In this document: in pieces, positions 12,560 to 24,608 of the stretch
Layout of the letters: every line of letters starts with the position of its first letter
Position numbering within the stretch: position 1 is the stretch's first letter
From: Micrococcales bacterium
GTDB lineage: Bacteria; Actinomycetota; Actinomycetes; Actinomycetales; Dermatophilaceae
DNA length: 64,000 bases
NCBI GenBank assembly: GCA_021287075.1
Contig: JAJTBD010000007.1
Span: 29,498 to 93,497, forward strand
Direction: 5' to 3'
Program-made: the position numbers and the translations under genes
Notes under the pieces: model-generated
The model's database searches: none
Told to the model about the DNA's origin: nothing
The model's input: only the letters and a program-made list of their open reading frames with translations

Positions 12560-13467
12560 CCGACCCAGCCGGACGCGACACCGCCGAGGAGCTGCCACCT
12601 CGCACCGGGGAGCTCGTGATCGTCTCCGGGATGAGCGGGGCCGGCCGGTCCACCACGGCCAATGTCATGGAGGACCTCGGCTGGTATGTCGTGGACAACC
12701 TGCCCCCGCAGATGCTCGTGCCCCTTGCCGAGCTGGCCAAGGAGCGGGCCGCGGCTGGGCGCAGCCGCCGGCTCGCCTGCGTCGTCGACGTGCGCAGCGG
12801 TGAGTTCTTCGACTACTTCCAGGAGGCCCGCAGCGCCCTCGCCGAGCACGGCCTGCGGCCCAATGTCATCTTCCTCGACGCCACCGACGAGGCCCTCGTG
12901 CGGCGTTTCGAGAGCGTCCGGCGGCCCCACCCGCTCCAGCGCGACGGCCGCCTGCTCGACGGCATCCAGCGTGAGCGCGAGCTGTTGGCCGACCTCCGGG
13001 CGACGGCCGACATCGTCGTCGACACCTCTGGCCTCAACGTCCACCAGCTCGCCCGCAAGGTCACGCCGATCTTCACCGAGGAGCGTCAGCACTCGGTGCG
13101 TCTGGCCGTGATGTCCTTCGGCTTCAAATACGGCGTCCCGCTCGACGCAGACTTCGTCTTCGACATGCGCTTCCTGCCCAACCCCTTCTGGATCCCCGAG
13201 CTGCGCCCGTTCACCGGCCGCGACGAGCCGGTCGCGGAGTTCGTGCTGGCCCAGGAGGGGGCCCAGGAGTTCCTCGACGGGCTCCTCGCGCTCATGCAGC
13301 CGGTCCTGGCCGGCTACCGCCGCGAGGGCCGTCGCTATGCCACGGTCGCCGTCGGCTGCACGGGCGGCAAGCACCGCTCGGTCGCGATGGCCGAGGCGCT
13401 GCACGCCCGGCTGGCCTCCGACGACGTCGCGACCTTCGTCGTCCACCGCGACCTGGGGCGCGAGTGA
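12556..13467 (+). CDS. rapZ: RNase adapter / nucleotide-binding protein RapZ
   Basis: 303-aa ORF with P-loop [10 protein letters not shown], the [10 protein letters not shown] motif and a C-terminal CTGGKHRSV motif. Its GTG overlaps the uvrC stop. Confidence 0.92.
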   Translation: MTDPAGRDTAEELPPRTGELVIVSGMSGAGRSTTANVMEDLGWYVVDNLPPQMLVPLAELAKERAAAGRSRRLACVVDVRSGEFFDYFQEARSALAEHGLRPNVIFLDATDEALVRRFESVRRPHPLQRDGRLLDGIQRERELLADLRATADIVVDTSGLNVHQLARKVTPIFTEERQHSVRLAVMSFGFKYGVPLDADFVFDMRFLPNPFWIPELRPFTGRDEPVAEFVLAQEGAQEFLDGLLALMQPVLAGYRREGRRYATVAVGCTGGKHRSVAMAEALHARLASDDVATFVVHRDLGRE

Positions 13468-14414
13468 CCAGCCCGCGCGTGGTCGCCCTCGGGGGCGGCC
13501 ACGGACTCGCCGCGAGCCTGACGGCGCTGCGCCTGGTCACCGAGCGCATCACTGCCGTCGTCACGGTCGCCGACAACGGCGGCTCCAGCGGCCGGCTCCG
13601 CGAGGAGTTCGACGTCCTGCCGCCGGGCGACCTGCGGATGGCCCTGTCCGCGCTGTGCGACGACAGCGAGTGGGGGCACACCTGGCGCGATGTCCTCCAG
13701 CACCGCTTCGCCGGCGACGGCTCCCTGGCCGGCCACGCCCTCGGCAACCTGCTCATCTGTGCCCTGTGGGAGCTGCACGACGACCCGGTGCACGGTCTCG
13801 ACCTCGTCGGCAGCCTCCTGCGCGCACAGGGGCGGGTGCTCCCCATGGCCGCCGTCCCGCTCGCGATCAACGCCCAGGTGCGCGGTCACGACCCGGCCGC
13901 GCCGGGCCAGGTCGCCACGGTGCAGGGGCAGGTCGCGGTCGCCACGACCAAGGGCACCGTCGAGAGCATCCAGCTGGTGCCACAGGACCCCCCGGCCCGC
14001 CCCGAGACCGTCCAGAGCGTCCTCGACGCCGACTGGATCGTGCTCGGCCCGGGCAGCTGGTTCACCTCCGTCATGCCCCACCTCCTCGTGCCCGAGCTCC
14101 GCTCCGCGATGATCGACACCTCCGCCCGTCGGCTGCTGACGCTCAACGTCGAGCACTCAGGTGAGACAGCGGGATTCAGCTCGGCGCAGCACCTCGAGAC
14201 GCTGGCCTCCCACGCGCCCGACTTCCGGCTCGACGTGGTCCTGGCCGACCCCCGCGTCATCGACAACGAGCGCTCGCTGCGCGCGGCCGCCCGCGAGCTC
14301 GGCGCGACCCTGGTGGTGAGCGAGGTCGCCAAGCCCGGACGGCGCGGACACCACGACACGCTGCGGCTCGCCGCGGCATACCGCGACATCATGGGGACCC
14401 CCGACGGGCGCTAG
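13464..14414 (+). CDS. yvcK: YvcK/CuvA family gluconeogenesis factor (CofD-like)
   Basis: 316-aa ORF with [10 protein letters not shown]...[14 protein letters not shown], typical of the YvcK family. It overlaps the rapZ stop. Confidence 0.9.
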   Translation: MTSPRVVALGGGHGLAASLTALRLVTERITAVVTVADNGGSSGRLREEFDVLPPGDLRMALSALCDDSEWGHTWRDVLQHRFAGDGSLAGHALGNLLICALWELHDDPVHGLDLVGSLLRAQGRVLPMAAVPLAINAQVRGHDPAAPGQVATVQGQVAVATTKGTVESIQLVPQDPPARPETVQSVLDADWIVLGPGSWFTSVMPHLLVPELRSAMIDTSARRLLTLNVEHSGETAGFSSAQHLETLASHAPDFRLDVVLADPRVIDNERSLRAAARELGATLVVSEVAKPGRRGHHDTLRLAAAYRDIMGTPDGR

Positions 14415-14504
14415 CCCCGGGATTCCCGACCCACGCCGGGGCGCGCCCCCGCGCGCCTGGCACGGCGACCGGCCGACCAGAACCACCCGCGACGAAATGG
14501 CAGG

Positions 14505-15494
14505 ATGAACCCCATGGCGATGACCGCGAAGGTGAAGGACGAGCTCTCCCGCCTCGAGCTGACCAAGCCGTGCTGCCGCAAGGCCGAGGTCGCTGCGATG
14601 CTGCGCTTCGCCGGGGGGCTCCACATCGTCGGGGGCCGCATCGTCGTCGAGGCCGAGCTCGACGCCGCCCACACCGCGCGGCGGCTGCGCCGCGACATCC
14701 AGGAGCTCTATGGCCACCAGCCCGAGATCATGGTGCTGTCGGCCGGCGGGCTGCGCAAGGGCAGCCGGTGGGTCGTGCGCGTCGTCCAGGACGGTGAGGC
14801 ACTGGCCCGCCAGACCGGGCTCATCGACGGGCGTGGCCGCCCGGTGCGAGGGCTGCCGCCCAAGGTCGTCAGCGCCTCGGTGTGCGACGCCGAGGCCGCG
14901 TGGCGCGGGGCCTTCCTCGCCCACGGATCGCTGACTGAGCCGGGCCGGTCCTCGGCCCTGGAGATCACCTGCCCCGGCCCGGAGGCCGCCCTCGCCCTCG
15001 TCGGGGCCGCGCGGCGGCTCGGGATCCAGGCCAAGGCCCGCGAGGTCCGCGGCGTCGACCGGGTCGTCATCCGCGACGGTGACGCGATCGGCGCGATGCT
15101 CACCCGGCTCGGGGCCCACGACGCGGTGCTGGCCTGGGAGGAGCGCCGGATGCGCCGGGAGGTGCGGGCGACCGCCAACCGGCTGGCCAACTTCGACGAC
15201 GCCAACCTGCGTCGATCGGCGCGTGCCGCGGTCGCGGCCGGCGCCCGCGTGCAGCGTGCCCTGGAGATCCTCGGCCCCGAGGTCCCCGACCACCTGCGTG
15301 AGGCCGGCGAGCTGCGCCTCCAGCACAAGCAGGCCTCGCTCGAGGAGCTCGGCCAGCTGGCCCAGCCGCCGATGACCAAGGACGCCGTCGCGGGCCGGAT
15401 CCGGCGCCTGCTGGCCATGGCCGACAAGTGCGCCTCCGACGACGGGATCCCCGGCACCGAGGCCAATCTCACGCCCGACATGCTCGATGGGTGA
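14505..15494 (+). CDS. whiA: DNA-binding sporulation/cell-division regulator WhiA
   Basis: 329-aa ORF with N-terminus [29 protein letters not shown] and a C-terminal HTH. Its position after rapZ-yvcK is conserved. Confidence 0.93.
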   Translation: MNPMAMTAKVKDELSRLELTKPCCRKAEVAAMLRFAGGLHIVGGRIVVEAELDAAHTARRLRRDIQELYGHQPEIMVLSAGGLRKGSRWVVRVVQDGEALARQTGLIDGRGRPVRGLPPKVVSASVCDAEAAWRGAFLAHGSLTEPGRSSALEITCPGPEAALALVGAARRLGIQAKAREVRGVDRVVIRDGDAIGAMLTRLGAHDAVLAWEERRMRREVRATANRLANFDDANLRRSARAAVAAGARVQRALEILGPEVPDHLREAGELRLQHKQASLEELGQLAQPPMTKDAVAGRIRRLLAMADKCASDDGIPGTEANLTPDMLDG

Positions 15495-15561
15495 AAGCGC
15501 TTTCCTGTTAACCCGTCGGTAGTCCGGACCCGAATTCCCACTCAGGTCTGCCACCCAATAG

Positions 15562-16629
<1,068 letters not shown>

Positions 16630-16654
16630 CGCTCACCCGTCGCTGAACCACCTT

Positions 16655-16689
16655 GGGCCGGTGGCCTCCCCACCGGAGGCCGCCGGCCC
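16655..16689 (+). other. Intercistronic stem-loop between gap and pgk
   Basis: GGGCCGG-T-GGCCTCC-ccacc-GGAGGCC-G-CCGGCCC forms a 15-bp stem with one G-U pair. There is no U tract. Confidence 0.4.
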
Positions 16690-16721
16690 GAGCCTTTATC
16701 CGCCCCAGAAAGGGAGCTCCC

Positions 16722-17930
16722 TTGAAGACCATCGCTGACCTCGGCGACCTGCGCGGCAAGCGCGTGCTCGTCCGGTCCGACCTCAACGTGCCGCTCGACG
16801 GCACGACGATCACCGACGACGGCCGGATCCGCGCCTCGGTCCCCACGATCAAGCAGCTGGCCGACGCCGGCGCGCGCGTCATCGTCACCGCCCACCTCGG
16901 CCGCCCCAAGGGCGCCCCGGAGGAGAAGTACTCCCTCAAGCCGGTCGTCGGCCGCCTCGGCGAGCTGCTCGGCCAGGACGTCGCCTTCGCCACCGACACC
17001 GTCGGCGAGTCGGCCAAGGCCACCGTCGAGGGCCTCCAGGACGGCCAGGTCGCGCTCCTGGAGAACCTGCGCTTCAACGCCGGTGAGACCAGCAAGGACG
17101 AGGGGGAGCGCAAGGCCTTCGCCGAGCAGCTCGCGTCCCTCGCCGACGCCTATGTCTCCGATGGCTTCGGCGTCGTGCACCGCAAGCAGGCCTCCGTCTA
17201 TGACATCGCCCAGATCCTGCCGGCCGCCATGGGCGGCCTGGTCCAGAACGAGGTCGAGGTCCTCAAGCGCTTGACCGAGGACCCCGCGCGGCCGTATGCC
17301 GTGGTGCTCGGCGGCGCCAAGGTCGCCGACAAGCTCGGCGTCATCGACAACCTGATGAAGACGGCCGACCGCCTCGTCATCGGCGGCGGCATGGTCTTCA
17401 CCTTCCTCAAGGCGCAGGGCCACGAGGTCGGCAAGTCCCTCCTCGACGCCGAGCAGCTCGAGACGGTCAAGGGCTATCTCGACAAGGCTGCCGAGACGGG
17501 TGTGGAGATCGTCCTGCCCGTCGACGTCGTCGTCAACGACGAGTTCGCCGCCGAGGGCGACATCCGCACCGTCGCCGCCGACCAGATCCCGGCCGACGCG
17601 ATGGGCCTGGACATCGGCCCCAAGTCCGCCGAGCTCTATGCCGGCAAGCTGGCCGACTGCAAGACGGTCTTCTGGAACGGCCCCATGGGCGCCTTCGAGA
17701 TGGAGCCCTTCGCGGCCGGCACCAAGGCCGTCGCACAGGCCCTGGTCGACGCGACCGCCAATGGCGCGCTCACCGTGGTCGGCGGTGGCGACTCCGCGGC
17801 CGCCGTCCGTCAGCTCGGCTTCTCCGACGACCAGTTCGGCCACATCTCCACCGGCGGCGGCGCCTCGCTCGAGTACCTCGAGGGCAAGGAGCTCCCGGGC
17901 GTCGCGATCCTCACGGGGGAGTCGGCATGA
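16722..17930 (+). CDS. pgk: Phosphoglycerate kinase
   Basis: The TTG at 16722 follows AAAGGGAG. The protein begins [25 protein letters not shown], a classic Pgk N-terminus; the ORF opens at 16653. Confidence 0.95.
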   Translation: MKTIADLGDLRGKRVLVRSDLNVPLDGTTITDDGRIRASVPTIKQLADAGARVIVTAHLGRPKGAPEEKYSLKPVVGRLGELLGQDVAFATDTVGESAKATVEGLQDGQVALLENLRFNAGETSKDEGERKAFAEQLASLADAYVSDGFGVVHRKQASVYDIAQILPAAMGGLVQNEVEVLKRLTEDPARPYAVVLGGAKVADKLGVIDNLMKTADRLVIGGGMVFTFLKAQGHEVGKSLLDAEQLETVKGYLDKAAETGVEIVLPVDVVVNDEFAAEGDIRTVAADQIPADAMGLDIGPKSAELYAGKLADCKTVFWNGPMGAFEMEPFAAGTKAVAQALVDATANGALTVVGGGDSAAAVRQLGFSDDQFGHISTGGGASLEYLEGKELPGVAILTGESA

Positions 17931-18724
17931 GCGAGCGCATCCCGCTGATGGCGGGCAACTGGAAGATGAACCTCGACCATCAGCAGGGCACCCACCTCGT
18001 GCAGAAGCTCGACTGGACCCTGCGCGACGGCAAGCACGACTTCGGTGCCGTCGAGGTCGCGGTCATTCCGCCCTTCACCGATATCCGCTCGGTGCAGACC
18101 CTGGTCGACGGAGACAAGCTCCAGCTCGTCTATGGCGCCCAGGACCTCTCCCAGCACGACGAGGGCGCCTACACCGGCGAGATCTCCGGTGCCTTCCTGG
18201 CCAAGCTCGGCTGCCGCTATGTCCTGGTCGGTCACAGCGAGCGACGTGAGTACCACAACGAGAGCGACGAGCTGCTCAACGCCAAGGTCAAGGCGGCATA
18301 CCGCCACGGCCTGACGCCGATCCTGTGCTGTGGTGAGGCGCTGGATGTCCGCAAGGAGGGCCGCCAGGTCGAGCACGTCCTCGGCCAGATCGAGGCCGAC
18401 CTCGATGGCGTCACCCCCGAGCAGGTCGCCTCGATCGTCATCGCCTATGAGCCCATCTGGGCCATCGGCACCGGTGAGGTGGCCACGCCGGAGGACGCGC
18501 AGGAGGTCTGTGGTGCCATCCGGGGCAAGCTCGCCGAGCTCTACACCCAGGAGATCGCCGACGGCATCCGCATCCTCTATGGGGGCTCGGTCAAGCCGGG
18601 CAACGTCGCCCAGATCATGGGCAAGGACGACGTCGACGGCGCGCTGGTCGGCGGTGCCTCGCTCGTGGTGGACGACTTCGCCTCGATCTGCCGCTACCGC
18701 GACCACATGACGGCGGCCGGCTGA
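17927..18724 (+). CDS. tpiA: Triose-phosphate isomerase
   Basis: 265-aa ORF with [17 protein letters not shown] and [11 protein letters not shown] motifs. It overlaps the pgk stop. Confidence 0.95.
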   Translation: MSERIPLMAGNWKMNLDHQQGTHLVQKLDWTLRDGKHDFGAVEVAVIPPFTDIRSVQTLVDGDKLQLVYGAQDLSQHDEGAYTGEISGAFLAKLGCRYVLVGHSERREYHNESDELLNAKVKAAYRHGLTPILCCGEALDVRKEGRQVEHVLGQIEADLDGVTPEQVASIVIAYEPIWAIGTGEVATPEDAQEVCGAIRGKLAELYTQEIADGIRILYGGSVKPGNVAQIMGKDDVDGALVGGASLVVDDFASICRYRDHMTAAG

Positions 18725-18739
18725 CCCGCAAGGTAGTCT

Positions 18740-18776
18740 GGTGGGCGCTGAACCCCTCGCGGGTTCGGCGCCCACC
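18740..18776 (+). terminator. Stem-loop after tpiA (end of the gap-pgk-tpiA unit, or a secG leader structure)
   Basis: GGTGGGCGC-T-GAACCC-ctcgc-GGGTTC-G-GCGCCCACC, followed by gcacgTCTTTgg. Confidence 0.45.
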
Positions 18777-18800
18777 GCACGTCTTTGGAAAGAGTTCTCG

Positions 18801-19046
18801 ATGGAAGCCGTCAAGATCGGCCTGCAGGTCCTCCTCGTCATGGGAGGCCTCTTCCTGACCCTGCTCATCCTGCTCCACAAGGGCAAGGGCGGCGGTCTGT
18901 CCGACATGTTCGGTGGCGGCATGTCCACCTCGCTCGGTGGCTCGTCCGTGGCCGAGCGCAATCTCGACCGCATCACCGTCGCGGTCGCCCTCATCTGGTT
19001 CGCCTGCGTCGTCGCCCTCGGGCTGCTCGACCGCTTCGCGGCCTGA
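18801..19046 (+). CDS. secG: Preprotein translocase subunit SecG
   Basis: MEAVKIGLQVLLVMGGLFLTLLILLHKGKGGGLSDMFGGG is a typical SecG. I chose the ATG at 18801 inside the longer ORF. Confidence 0.85.
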   Translation: MEAVKIGLQVLLVMGGLFLTLLILLHKGKGGGLSDMFGGGMSTSLGGSSVAERNLDRITVAVALIWFACVVALGLLDRFAA

Positions 19047-19104
19047 CCTCCTTCGCGGCTCTCCCTCAGCCCGGGCCAACGGCGGCCCACGAAAGGACCC
19101 TCAC

Positions 19105-19464
19105 ATGGCAAGCATGTCCGGCGGCAACGCCATCCGTGGCTCCCGGGTCGGGGCCGGCCCGATGGGTGAGGCCGAGCGCGGTGAGGCGGCTCCCCGCCGG
19201 ACGGTGTCCTACTGGTGCGCGAGCGGGCACGAGACCCGCCCCAGCTTTGCCGAGGAGCCGGGCCTGGTCGTCCCCGAGGAGTGGGACTGCCCCCGCTGCG
19301 GCCTGCCTGCCGGTCAGGACAAGGACAACCCGCCCGAGCCGCCGCGCAACGAGCCCTACAAGACCCATCTGGCCTATGTGAAGGAGCGCCGCTCCGACAC
19401 CGACGGAGCCGCCATCCTCGACGAGGCGCTCGGCACCCTGCGCGACCGCGGCCTCATCCAGTAG
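19105..19464 (+). CDS. rbpA: RNA polymerase-binding protein RbpA
   Basis: 119-aa product with SYWCASGHE...DCPRCG zinc-ribbon-like residues and the YKTHLAYVKERRSD sigma-interaction region. The ATG is at 19105 within the longer ORF. Confidence 0.85.
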   Translation: MASMSGGNAIRGSRVGAGPMGEAERGEAAPRRTVSYWCASGHETRPSFAEEPGLVVPEEWDCPRCGLPAGQDKDNPPEPPRNEPYKTHLAYVKERRSDTDGAAILDEALGTLRDRGLIQ

Positions 19465-19481
19465 CCCACACATTCTTTCGC

Positions 19482-19523
19482 CCAGTTGGGCACGATCGCC
19501 CCGGGGCGATCGTGCCCAACTGG
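19482..19523. terminator. 42-bp perfect palindrome between convergent rbpA and pgl
   Basis: CCAGTTGGGCACGATCGCCCC / GGGGCGATCGTGCCCAACTGG are exact 21-bp arms with no spacer. Confidence 0.65.
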
Positions 19524-19558
19524 CGTAGAGAGGGGGGACGGGGCTGGGCGGCGCCGGG

Positions 19559-20287
19559 TCAGAGGCGACTGGCCGCGGCCTGGTCGAGCAGCCAGAGGGT
19601 GCGCTCCCGGCCGCTGACCCCCGCTGCCGGTGCGTCCACTCGGTCGGCGCCCCCGAGGGCCTTCGCCACGGCCTTGGCCTTGTCATCGCCGGAGACGAGG
19701 AACCACACCTGCTCGGCGCTGCACAGCGCCTCGAAGGTCAGGCTGACCCGGTCGGGTGGGGGCTTGGGGGAGTCGTGGACGGCCGTCGTGGTGCCCGTCG
19801 CCTCCTGGGCCGGGTGCCCGGGAAAGAGGCTCGCGACATGGGCATCGGGTCCGACGCCCAGCATGAGCACGTCAAAGCCAGGCAGCCCGGATCCCCTTGC
19901 GGCCGAGGCGAGCTCGGCGGCATACGCCTCGGCTGACTCCTCGGCCGAGCCGGAGGAGTCGGGGCCGGCGATCGCATGCACATTGCCAGCCGGTATGCCG
20001 CCGAGCCAGCCCTCGAGCGCGGTCGTGTCGTTGCGCTCGGGGTCGCCGGTCGGCAGATAGCGCTCGTCGCCCCACCAGATGTGGAGGCGCTGGGTGTCGA
20101 TCGCGGCGGCGGCGGGGGAGTCGGCGAGCGCGGTCATGAGCGCGGCGCCCATGGAGCCGCCGGTGAGCACGACATCGGCCCGGCCGCGACGGGACTGGGC
20201 GTCGAGGACGGCGGTGATCAGGCGGGCGGCGATGGCCGACCCGAGCGTGGTCTTGTCGGGGTGGACGATCACGAGCGGGCCGGCCAT
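19559..20287 (-). CDS. pgl: 6-phosphogluconolactonase
   Basis: 242-aa ORF with VVLTGGSMG and WGDERY motifs. It is the last gene of the tkt-tal-pgi-zwf-opcA-pgl cluster. Confidence 0.9.
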   Translation of the reverse strand: MAGPLVIVHPDKTTLGSAIAARLITAVLDAQSRRGRADVVLTGGSMGAALMTALADSPAAAAIDTQRLHIWWGDERYLPTGDPERNDTTALEGWLGGIPAGNVHAIAGPDSSGSAEESAEAYAAELASAARGSGLPGFDVLMLGVGPDAHVASLFPGHPAQEATGTTTAVHDSPKPPPDRVSLTFEALCSAEQVWFLVSGDDKAKAVAKALGGADRVDAPAAGVSGRERTLWLLDQAAASRL

Positions 20288-20290
20288 CGA

Positions 20291-21436
20291 TCAGCCCTTC
20301 GCCTTGGTCGTGCGTGTGGAGGCCTTGGCCGCGAGCCGGCGGGCGGCCGCCTTCTTGACCGCCCCCGTCGAGGGGGCGCCCGCGGGCGCCGGGGCCTCGA
20401 CCATGGTGCTGCTCGCCCGACCAGAGGTCTGGCGGGAGATCCGCCGCACCACCTTGCGGGCCTCCTCCTCGCTCTGGGCCAGGCCCTTGCGGCTGGCCGC
20501 CGACGCGGTGGTCGTGCGCGCCTTGGCCACCTTGGGGATCCCGAGGAGCAGGGTGTCCTCATAGACCTCGTCGGGGTCGAGGCGGTGCAGCTCGTCGGAG
20601 AGGCACTCGGCGTCGCTGCGGTGGGCCAGCGCGATCTTGCGATCGGGCTGGCCGGGCTGCATGAGCGTCGCAGTGTCGCCCTGGGGGCGGCTCAGGTCGG
20701 TCGGGCCGCCCTTGCGCTCCAGCCGCACGCTGATGATGCCCGAGCCCTGCCGGGAGCGGGCCAGGGTGACCGGGCACTTGAGCGAATACGCGAGCCAGGC
20801 CGCCAGCAGGTCGGCGCTGGGGGACTCGGTCGCACCCGTGACGGTGACGGCCTCGACCGGCTCGTAGGGGCGCTGGTCGAGCGCCGCCGCGAGCAGGCCA
20901 CGCCAGAGCGTGATCCGCGACCACGCCATGTCGGTGTCGCCATCGGCATAGGTCTCGCCCCGTCGCTGAAGCGCCTTCAGAGGGGTGCGCGAGTGCGCGG
21001 CGTCGGTGATGCGGCGCTGCGCCATCTGGCCGATCGGGTCCTCGGCCACATCCTCCGGTGCCTCCCGCGGCCACCACGCCACGACAGGGCTGTCGGGCAG
21101 CAGCAGCGGGGTGACCACGGCGGGCGCGTGCTTGGTGAGCTTGCCGAAGAGCCGCAGCACGACGACCTCTGACGCGCCCGCGTCGCCGCCGACCCGGATC
21201 TGCGCGTCGAGGCGGGCCGCGCCGCGACCGTTGGACAGGACCACGCAGACGATGCGGGCGGGGTGCTGCCGGGTGGCCGCGCTGGCGACCTCCAGGGCGT
21301 CCTCGGCCCACTTCTCGTCGACGACGACGACCAGGGTCAGGACCCGGCCGAGGGCCATCGAGCCGACGTCCTCGCGCAGTGCGATCAGCCGCTTGCTGAC
21401 CGCAGCGGTGGTGGTGCTGGGCAGGTCGACGATCAT
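20291..21436 (-). CDS. opcA: Glucose-6-phosphate dehydrogenase assembly protein OpcA
   Basis: The N-terminus MIVDLPSTTTAAVSKRLIALRED...RVLTLVVVVDE is typical of OpcA. Its start overlaps the zwf stop (ATGA). It has a basic Lys/Ala/Thr-rich C-terminal extension. Confidence 0.88.
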   Translation of the reverse strand: MIVDLPSTTTAAVSKRLIALREDVGSMALGRVLTLVVVVDEKWAEDALEVASAATRQHPARIVCVVLSNGRGAARLDAQIRVGGDAGASEVVVLRLFGKLTKHAPAVVTPLLLPDSPVVAWWPREAPEDVAEDPIGQMAQRRITDAAHSRTPLKALQRRGETYADGDTDMAWSRITLWRGLLAAALDQRPYEPVEAVTVTGATESPSADLLAAWLAYSLKCPVTLARSRQGSGIISVRLERKGGPTDLSRPQGDTATLMQPGQPDRKIALAHRSDAECLSDELHRLDPDEVYEDTLLLGIPKVAKARTTTASAASRKGLAQSEEEARKVVRRISRQTSGRASSTMVEAPAPAGAPSTGAVKKAAARRLAAKASTRTTKAKG

Positions 21437-22977
21437 GGCATCCTCCAGACGCGTCCGTCGCGCTTCATCATCTCGTCGGCGGACTTCGGGCCCCAGGTGC
21501 CCGCGGCATACTGCGGCAGCCGGCTGGTCTTCTTGGCCCAGAACCTCTCGATCGGGTCGAGGATGGCCCAGGACAGCTCGACCTCCTCGTGCCGCGGGAA
21601 GAGCGGCGGGTCGCCGAGCAGCACATCGAGGATGAGCCGCTCATAGGCCTCCGGGCTGGTCTCGGTGAACGCCCGGCCGTAGCCGAAGTCCATCGTGACG
21701 TCGCGGACCTCCATCTGGGCGCCGGGCACCTTGGCGCCGAAGCGGATCGTCACGCCCTCGTCGGGCTGGACCCGGATGACGATGGCGTTCTGGCCCAGCT
21801 CCTCGGTCGCCGTGTCGGTGAAGGGCAGGTGCGGCGCCTTCTTGAAGACCACGGCGATCTCGGTCACCCGCTTGCCCAGGCGCTTGCCGGTGCGCAGATA
21901 GAAGGGGACCCCCGCCCAGCGGCGGGTGTCGACCTCGAGCTTGACCGCGGCATACGTCTCGGTCGTGGAGGTCTTCTTGACGCCCTCCTCCTGGAGATAT
22001 CCGATGACCTCCTCGCCGCCCTGCCAGCCCTCGGCGTACTGCCCGCGGGCGGTCGCCTTCTCGAGGTCCTTGGGCAGGCGCACGGCCGCCAGGACCTTCT
22101 CCTTCTCGGCGCGCAGGTGCTTGGCCTCGAAGGAGACGGGCTCCTCCATGGCCGTGAGGGCCAGGAGCTGGAGCAGGTGGTTCTGGATGACATCGCGGGC
22201 AGCGCCGATGCCGTCGTAGTAGCCCGCGCGGCCGCCGATGCCGATGTCCTCGGCCATCGTGATCTGCACGTGGTCGATGTAGTTGGCATTCCAGATCGGC
22301 TCGTACATCTGGTTGGCGAAGCGCAGCGCCAGCAGGTTCTGCACCGTCTCCTTGCCGAGGTAGTGGTCGATCCGGAAGATCGAGTCGGCAGGGAAGACGC
22401 TCTCGACGATCGCGTTGAGCTCCTGGGCCGAGGCGAGGTCGTGGCCGAACGGCTTCTCGATCACCACGCGGCGCCAGGCGTCACCCTCGGGTGCCGCGAG
22501 TCCGCTGCGCTCGAGCTGCTGGCACACCGTCGAGAAGAAGCCCGGCGGGATCGAGAGATAGAACGCGAGATTGCCGTTGGTCCCGCGCTGTTCCTCCAGC
22601 TCGTGCACGGTCGCGGCGAGCAGGTCGAAGGCCGCGTCGTCATCGAAAACGCCTGGGACAAAACGGAATCCCTCGGCCAGAGAGCGCCAGACGTCCTCGC
22701 GGAAGGGCGTGCGGGCGTGCTGCTTGACCGACTCGTAGACGATCTTGCCGAAGTCCTGGTCGGCCCAGTCGCGCCGGGCGAAACCCACCAGCGAGAAGCC
22801 CGGCGGCAACAGCCCGCGGTTGGCCAGGTCATAGATGGCCGGCATGAGCTTCTTGCGGGCCAGGTCGCCGGTGACACCGAACATGACCATCCCGCAGGGA
22901 CCCGCGATGCGCGGGAGGCGCTTGTCCCGCGGGTCCCGGAGCGGGTTGTGGTCGGCCGTGATCCGGGCCGGGCTCAT
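21433..22977 (-). CDS. zwf: Glucose-6-phosphate dehydrogenase
   Basis: 514-aa ORF with GVTGDLARKKL NADP-binding motif and RIDHYLGKE active-site motif. Confidence 0.95.
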   Translation of the reverse strand: MSPARITADHNPLRDPRDKRLPRIAGPCGMVMFGVTGDLARKKLMPAIYDLANRGLLPPGFSLVGFARRDWADQDFGKIVYESVKQHARTPFREDVWRSLAEGFRFVPGVFDDDAAFDLLAATVHELEEQRGTNGNLAFYLSIPPGFFSTVCQQLERSGLAAPEGDAWRRVVIEKPFGHDLASAQELNAIVESVFPADSIFRIDHYLGKETVQNLLALRFANQMYEPIWNANYIDHVQITMAEDIGIGGRAGYYDGIGAARDVIQNHLLQLLALTAMEEPVSFEAKHLRAEKEKVLAAVRLPKDLEKATARGQYAEGWQGGEEVIGYLQEEGVKKTSTTETYAAVKLEVDTRRWAGVPFYLRTGKRLGKRVTEIAVVFKKAPHLPFTDTATEELGQNAIVIRVQPDEGVTIRFGAKVPGAQMEVRDVTMDFGYGRAFTETSPEAYERLILDVLLGDPPLFPRHEEVELSWAILDPIERFWAKKTSRLPQYAAGTWGPKSADEMMKRDGRVWRMP

Positions 22978-24608
22978 GCGTCCCCGCCCGACGTCGGGCC
23001 GGCGGTCAGCGCACGCTCGACCTGGGCGAGACCGGCAGCGTGGTCGGTGAGGTGCAGCTGGAGGACGGGACGCCCGTGGTCGGCGAGGACCTGCGCGTCA
23101 CCCCCGGCCTGGGCGGCGATGAACTCACCGAAGGTGAACTCGCGGCCCGGGACCGAGAGGTCGTTGGCCGGCTCCGCCGTGATCTGGATATAGACGCCCT
23201 CGGCCGGGCCACCCTTGTGGAACTGGCCGGTCGAGTGCAGGAACCGGGGCCCCCAGCCGAAGGTCACCGGCCGGCCGGTGCGGCTGGCCAGGGTGGTCCG
23301 GGACGCCGCGAGAGGGGCATCGCCGAGACGGTCGAGATAGGCCATCACGGCGACATAGCCGGTGGGGGAGAGCTGGCCCAGGAGGGCGTCGACCGCCTCG
23401 GGCACGCTGGCTGCACCGCCCAGCCAGTCGCCGCCGAGGGCGCGCACCTCGACGGCCCCGTCGACGAACGCGGGTGCCGCCTGCTCGGAGCCGGACTGCT
23501 CGAGCAGGCCGCGGGCGGCCTTCTTGGCGCTCTCGACGTCGGGCTGGTCAAAGGGGTTGATGCCGAGGATCTGGCCGGCCACGGCGGTCGCGACCTCCCA
23601 CAGCAGCAGCTGGGCGCCCAGCGGGCCCGACACCTCGACCGAGGAGGAGTCGGCGTCGAGGACCTCGTCCTCGTCATCCCCGCCCTCGGGCACGAGTCGG
23701 GCGACGGTGAGGTCCTCGGCGGGGTCGACCAGCTCCGGTGCGTCGAGACCCTCGACCACCACCGGGAGCACGCCCTTGCCGAGCTTGCCGGTGGACTCGG
23801 CGATCAGCTGCTCGGCCCAGTCGGCGAAGCCGACGATCCCCGAGTTGGCGTCGACGATCGCGAGCTTGTCGCGGGCGGCCATCGCGGCGCCGAGGCGCAG
23901 GCCCGGGTTGCCCTCGTCGTCCTCGGCGAGCAGGTCGGCGACCGCCTCGGCGTCGTCGAGCAGCGCCGTGATGTCGGCGCCGGCCAGCCCGGACGGGACG
24001 AGCCCGAATGCCGTGAGGGCGCTGTAGCGCCCGCCGACGTTCGGGTCGGCGTTGATGACGCGGTAGTCGGCCTCGCGGGCCTCCTTGTCGAGGGGGCTGC
24101 CCGGGTCGGTCACGATGACGATCCGCGCGGCCTTGTCGATGCCGGCCTCGTCGAAGGCCTGCTCGAACGCGCGCCGCTGGGAGTCGGTCTCGACGGTGGA
24201 GCCGGACTTGCTGGAGACGACCACGACGGTGCGCTCGAGGTCCGTCAGGGCACCGCGGACCACGTCGGGGTGGCTGGAGTCGAGGACCACCAGGTCCTTG
24301 CCGGCCGTGGCGCAGATGACCTCGGGCGCAAGGGAACTGCCGCCCATGCCGCACAGCACGACGCGGTCGACGCCGGCGCCGGAGAGCTCGTCGCGCAGCG
24401 CGGAGATCTCACCGAGCAGAGGCCGGGAGCTGCGCGGCAGGCCCACCCAGCTCAGCCGGATGGACGCCTCGGACTCGGCGTCCGGGCCCCACAGGGTGGC
24501 GTCCTGGGCAAACAGCTTGCCGGCGAAGCCGGACTCGACCAGGGCCGGGACCCTGTCGGTGATCGCGTCGGCGGCCGCGCCGGAGGCGACGACGGACAGC
24601 TCGCTCAT
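22974..24608 (-). CDS. pgi: Glucose-6-phosphate isomerase
   Basis: 544-aa ORF resembling the actinobacterial type of Pgi ([21 protein letters not shown]). It has ATGA overlaps with tal upstream and zwf downstream. Confidence 0.85.
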   Translation of the reverse strand: MSELSVVASGAAADAITDRVPALVESGFAGKLFAQDATLWGPDAESEASIRLSWVGLPRSSRPLLGEISALRDELSGAGVDRVVLCGMGGSSLAPEVICATAGKDLVVLDSSHPDVVRGALTDLERTVVVVSSKSGSTVETDSQRRAFEQAFDEAGIDKAARIVIVTDPGSPLDKEAREADYRVINADPNVGGRYSALTAFGLVPSGLAGADITALLDDAEAVADLLAEDDEGNPGLRLGAAMAARDKLAIVDANSGIVGFADWAEQLIAESTGKLGKGVLPVVVEGLDAPELVDPAEDLTVARLVPEGGDDEDEVLDADSSSVEVSGPLGAQLLLWEVATAVAGQILGINPFDQPDVESAKKAARGLLEQSGSEQAAPAFVDGAVEVRALGGDWLGGAASVPEAVDALLGQLSPTGYVAVMAYLDRLGDAPLAASRTTLASRTGRPVTFGWGPRFLHSTGQFHKGGPAEGVYIQITAEPANDLSVPGREFTFGEFIAAQAGGDAQVLADHGRPVLQLHLTDHAAGLAQVERALTAGPTSGGDA

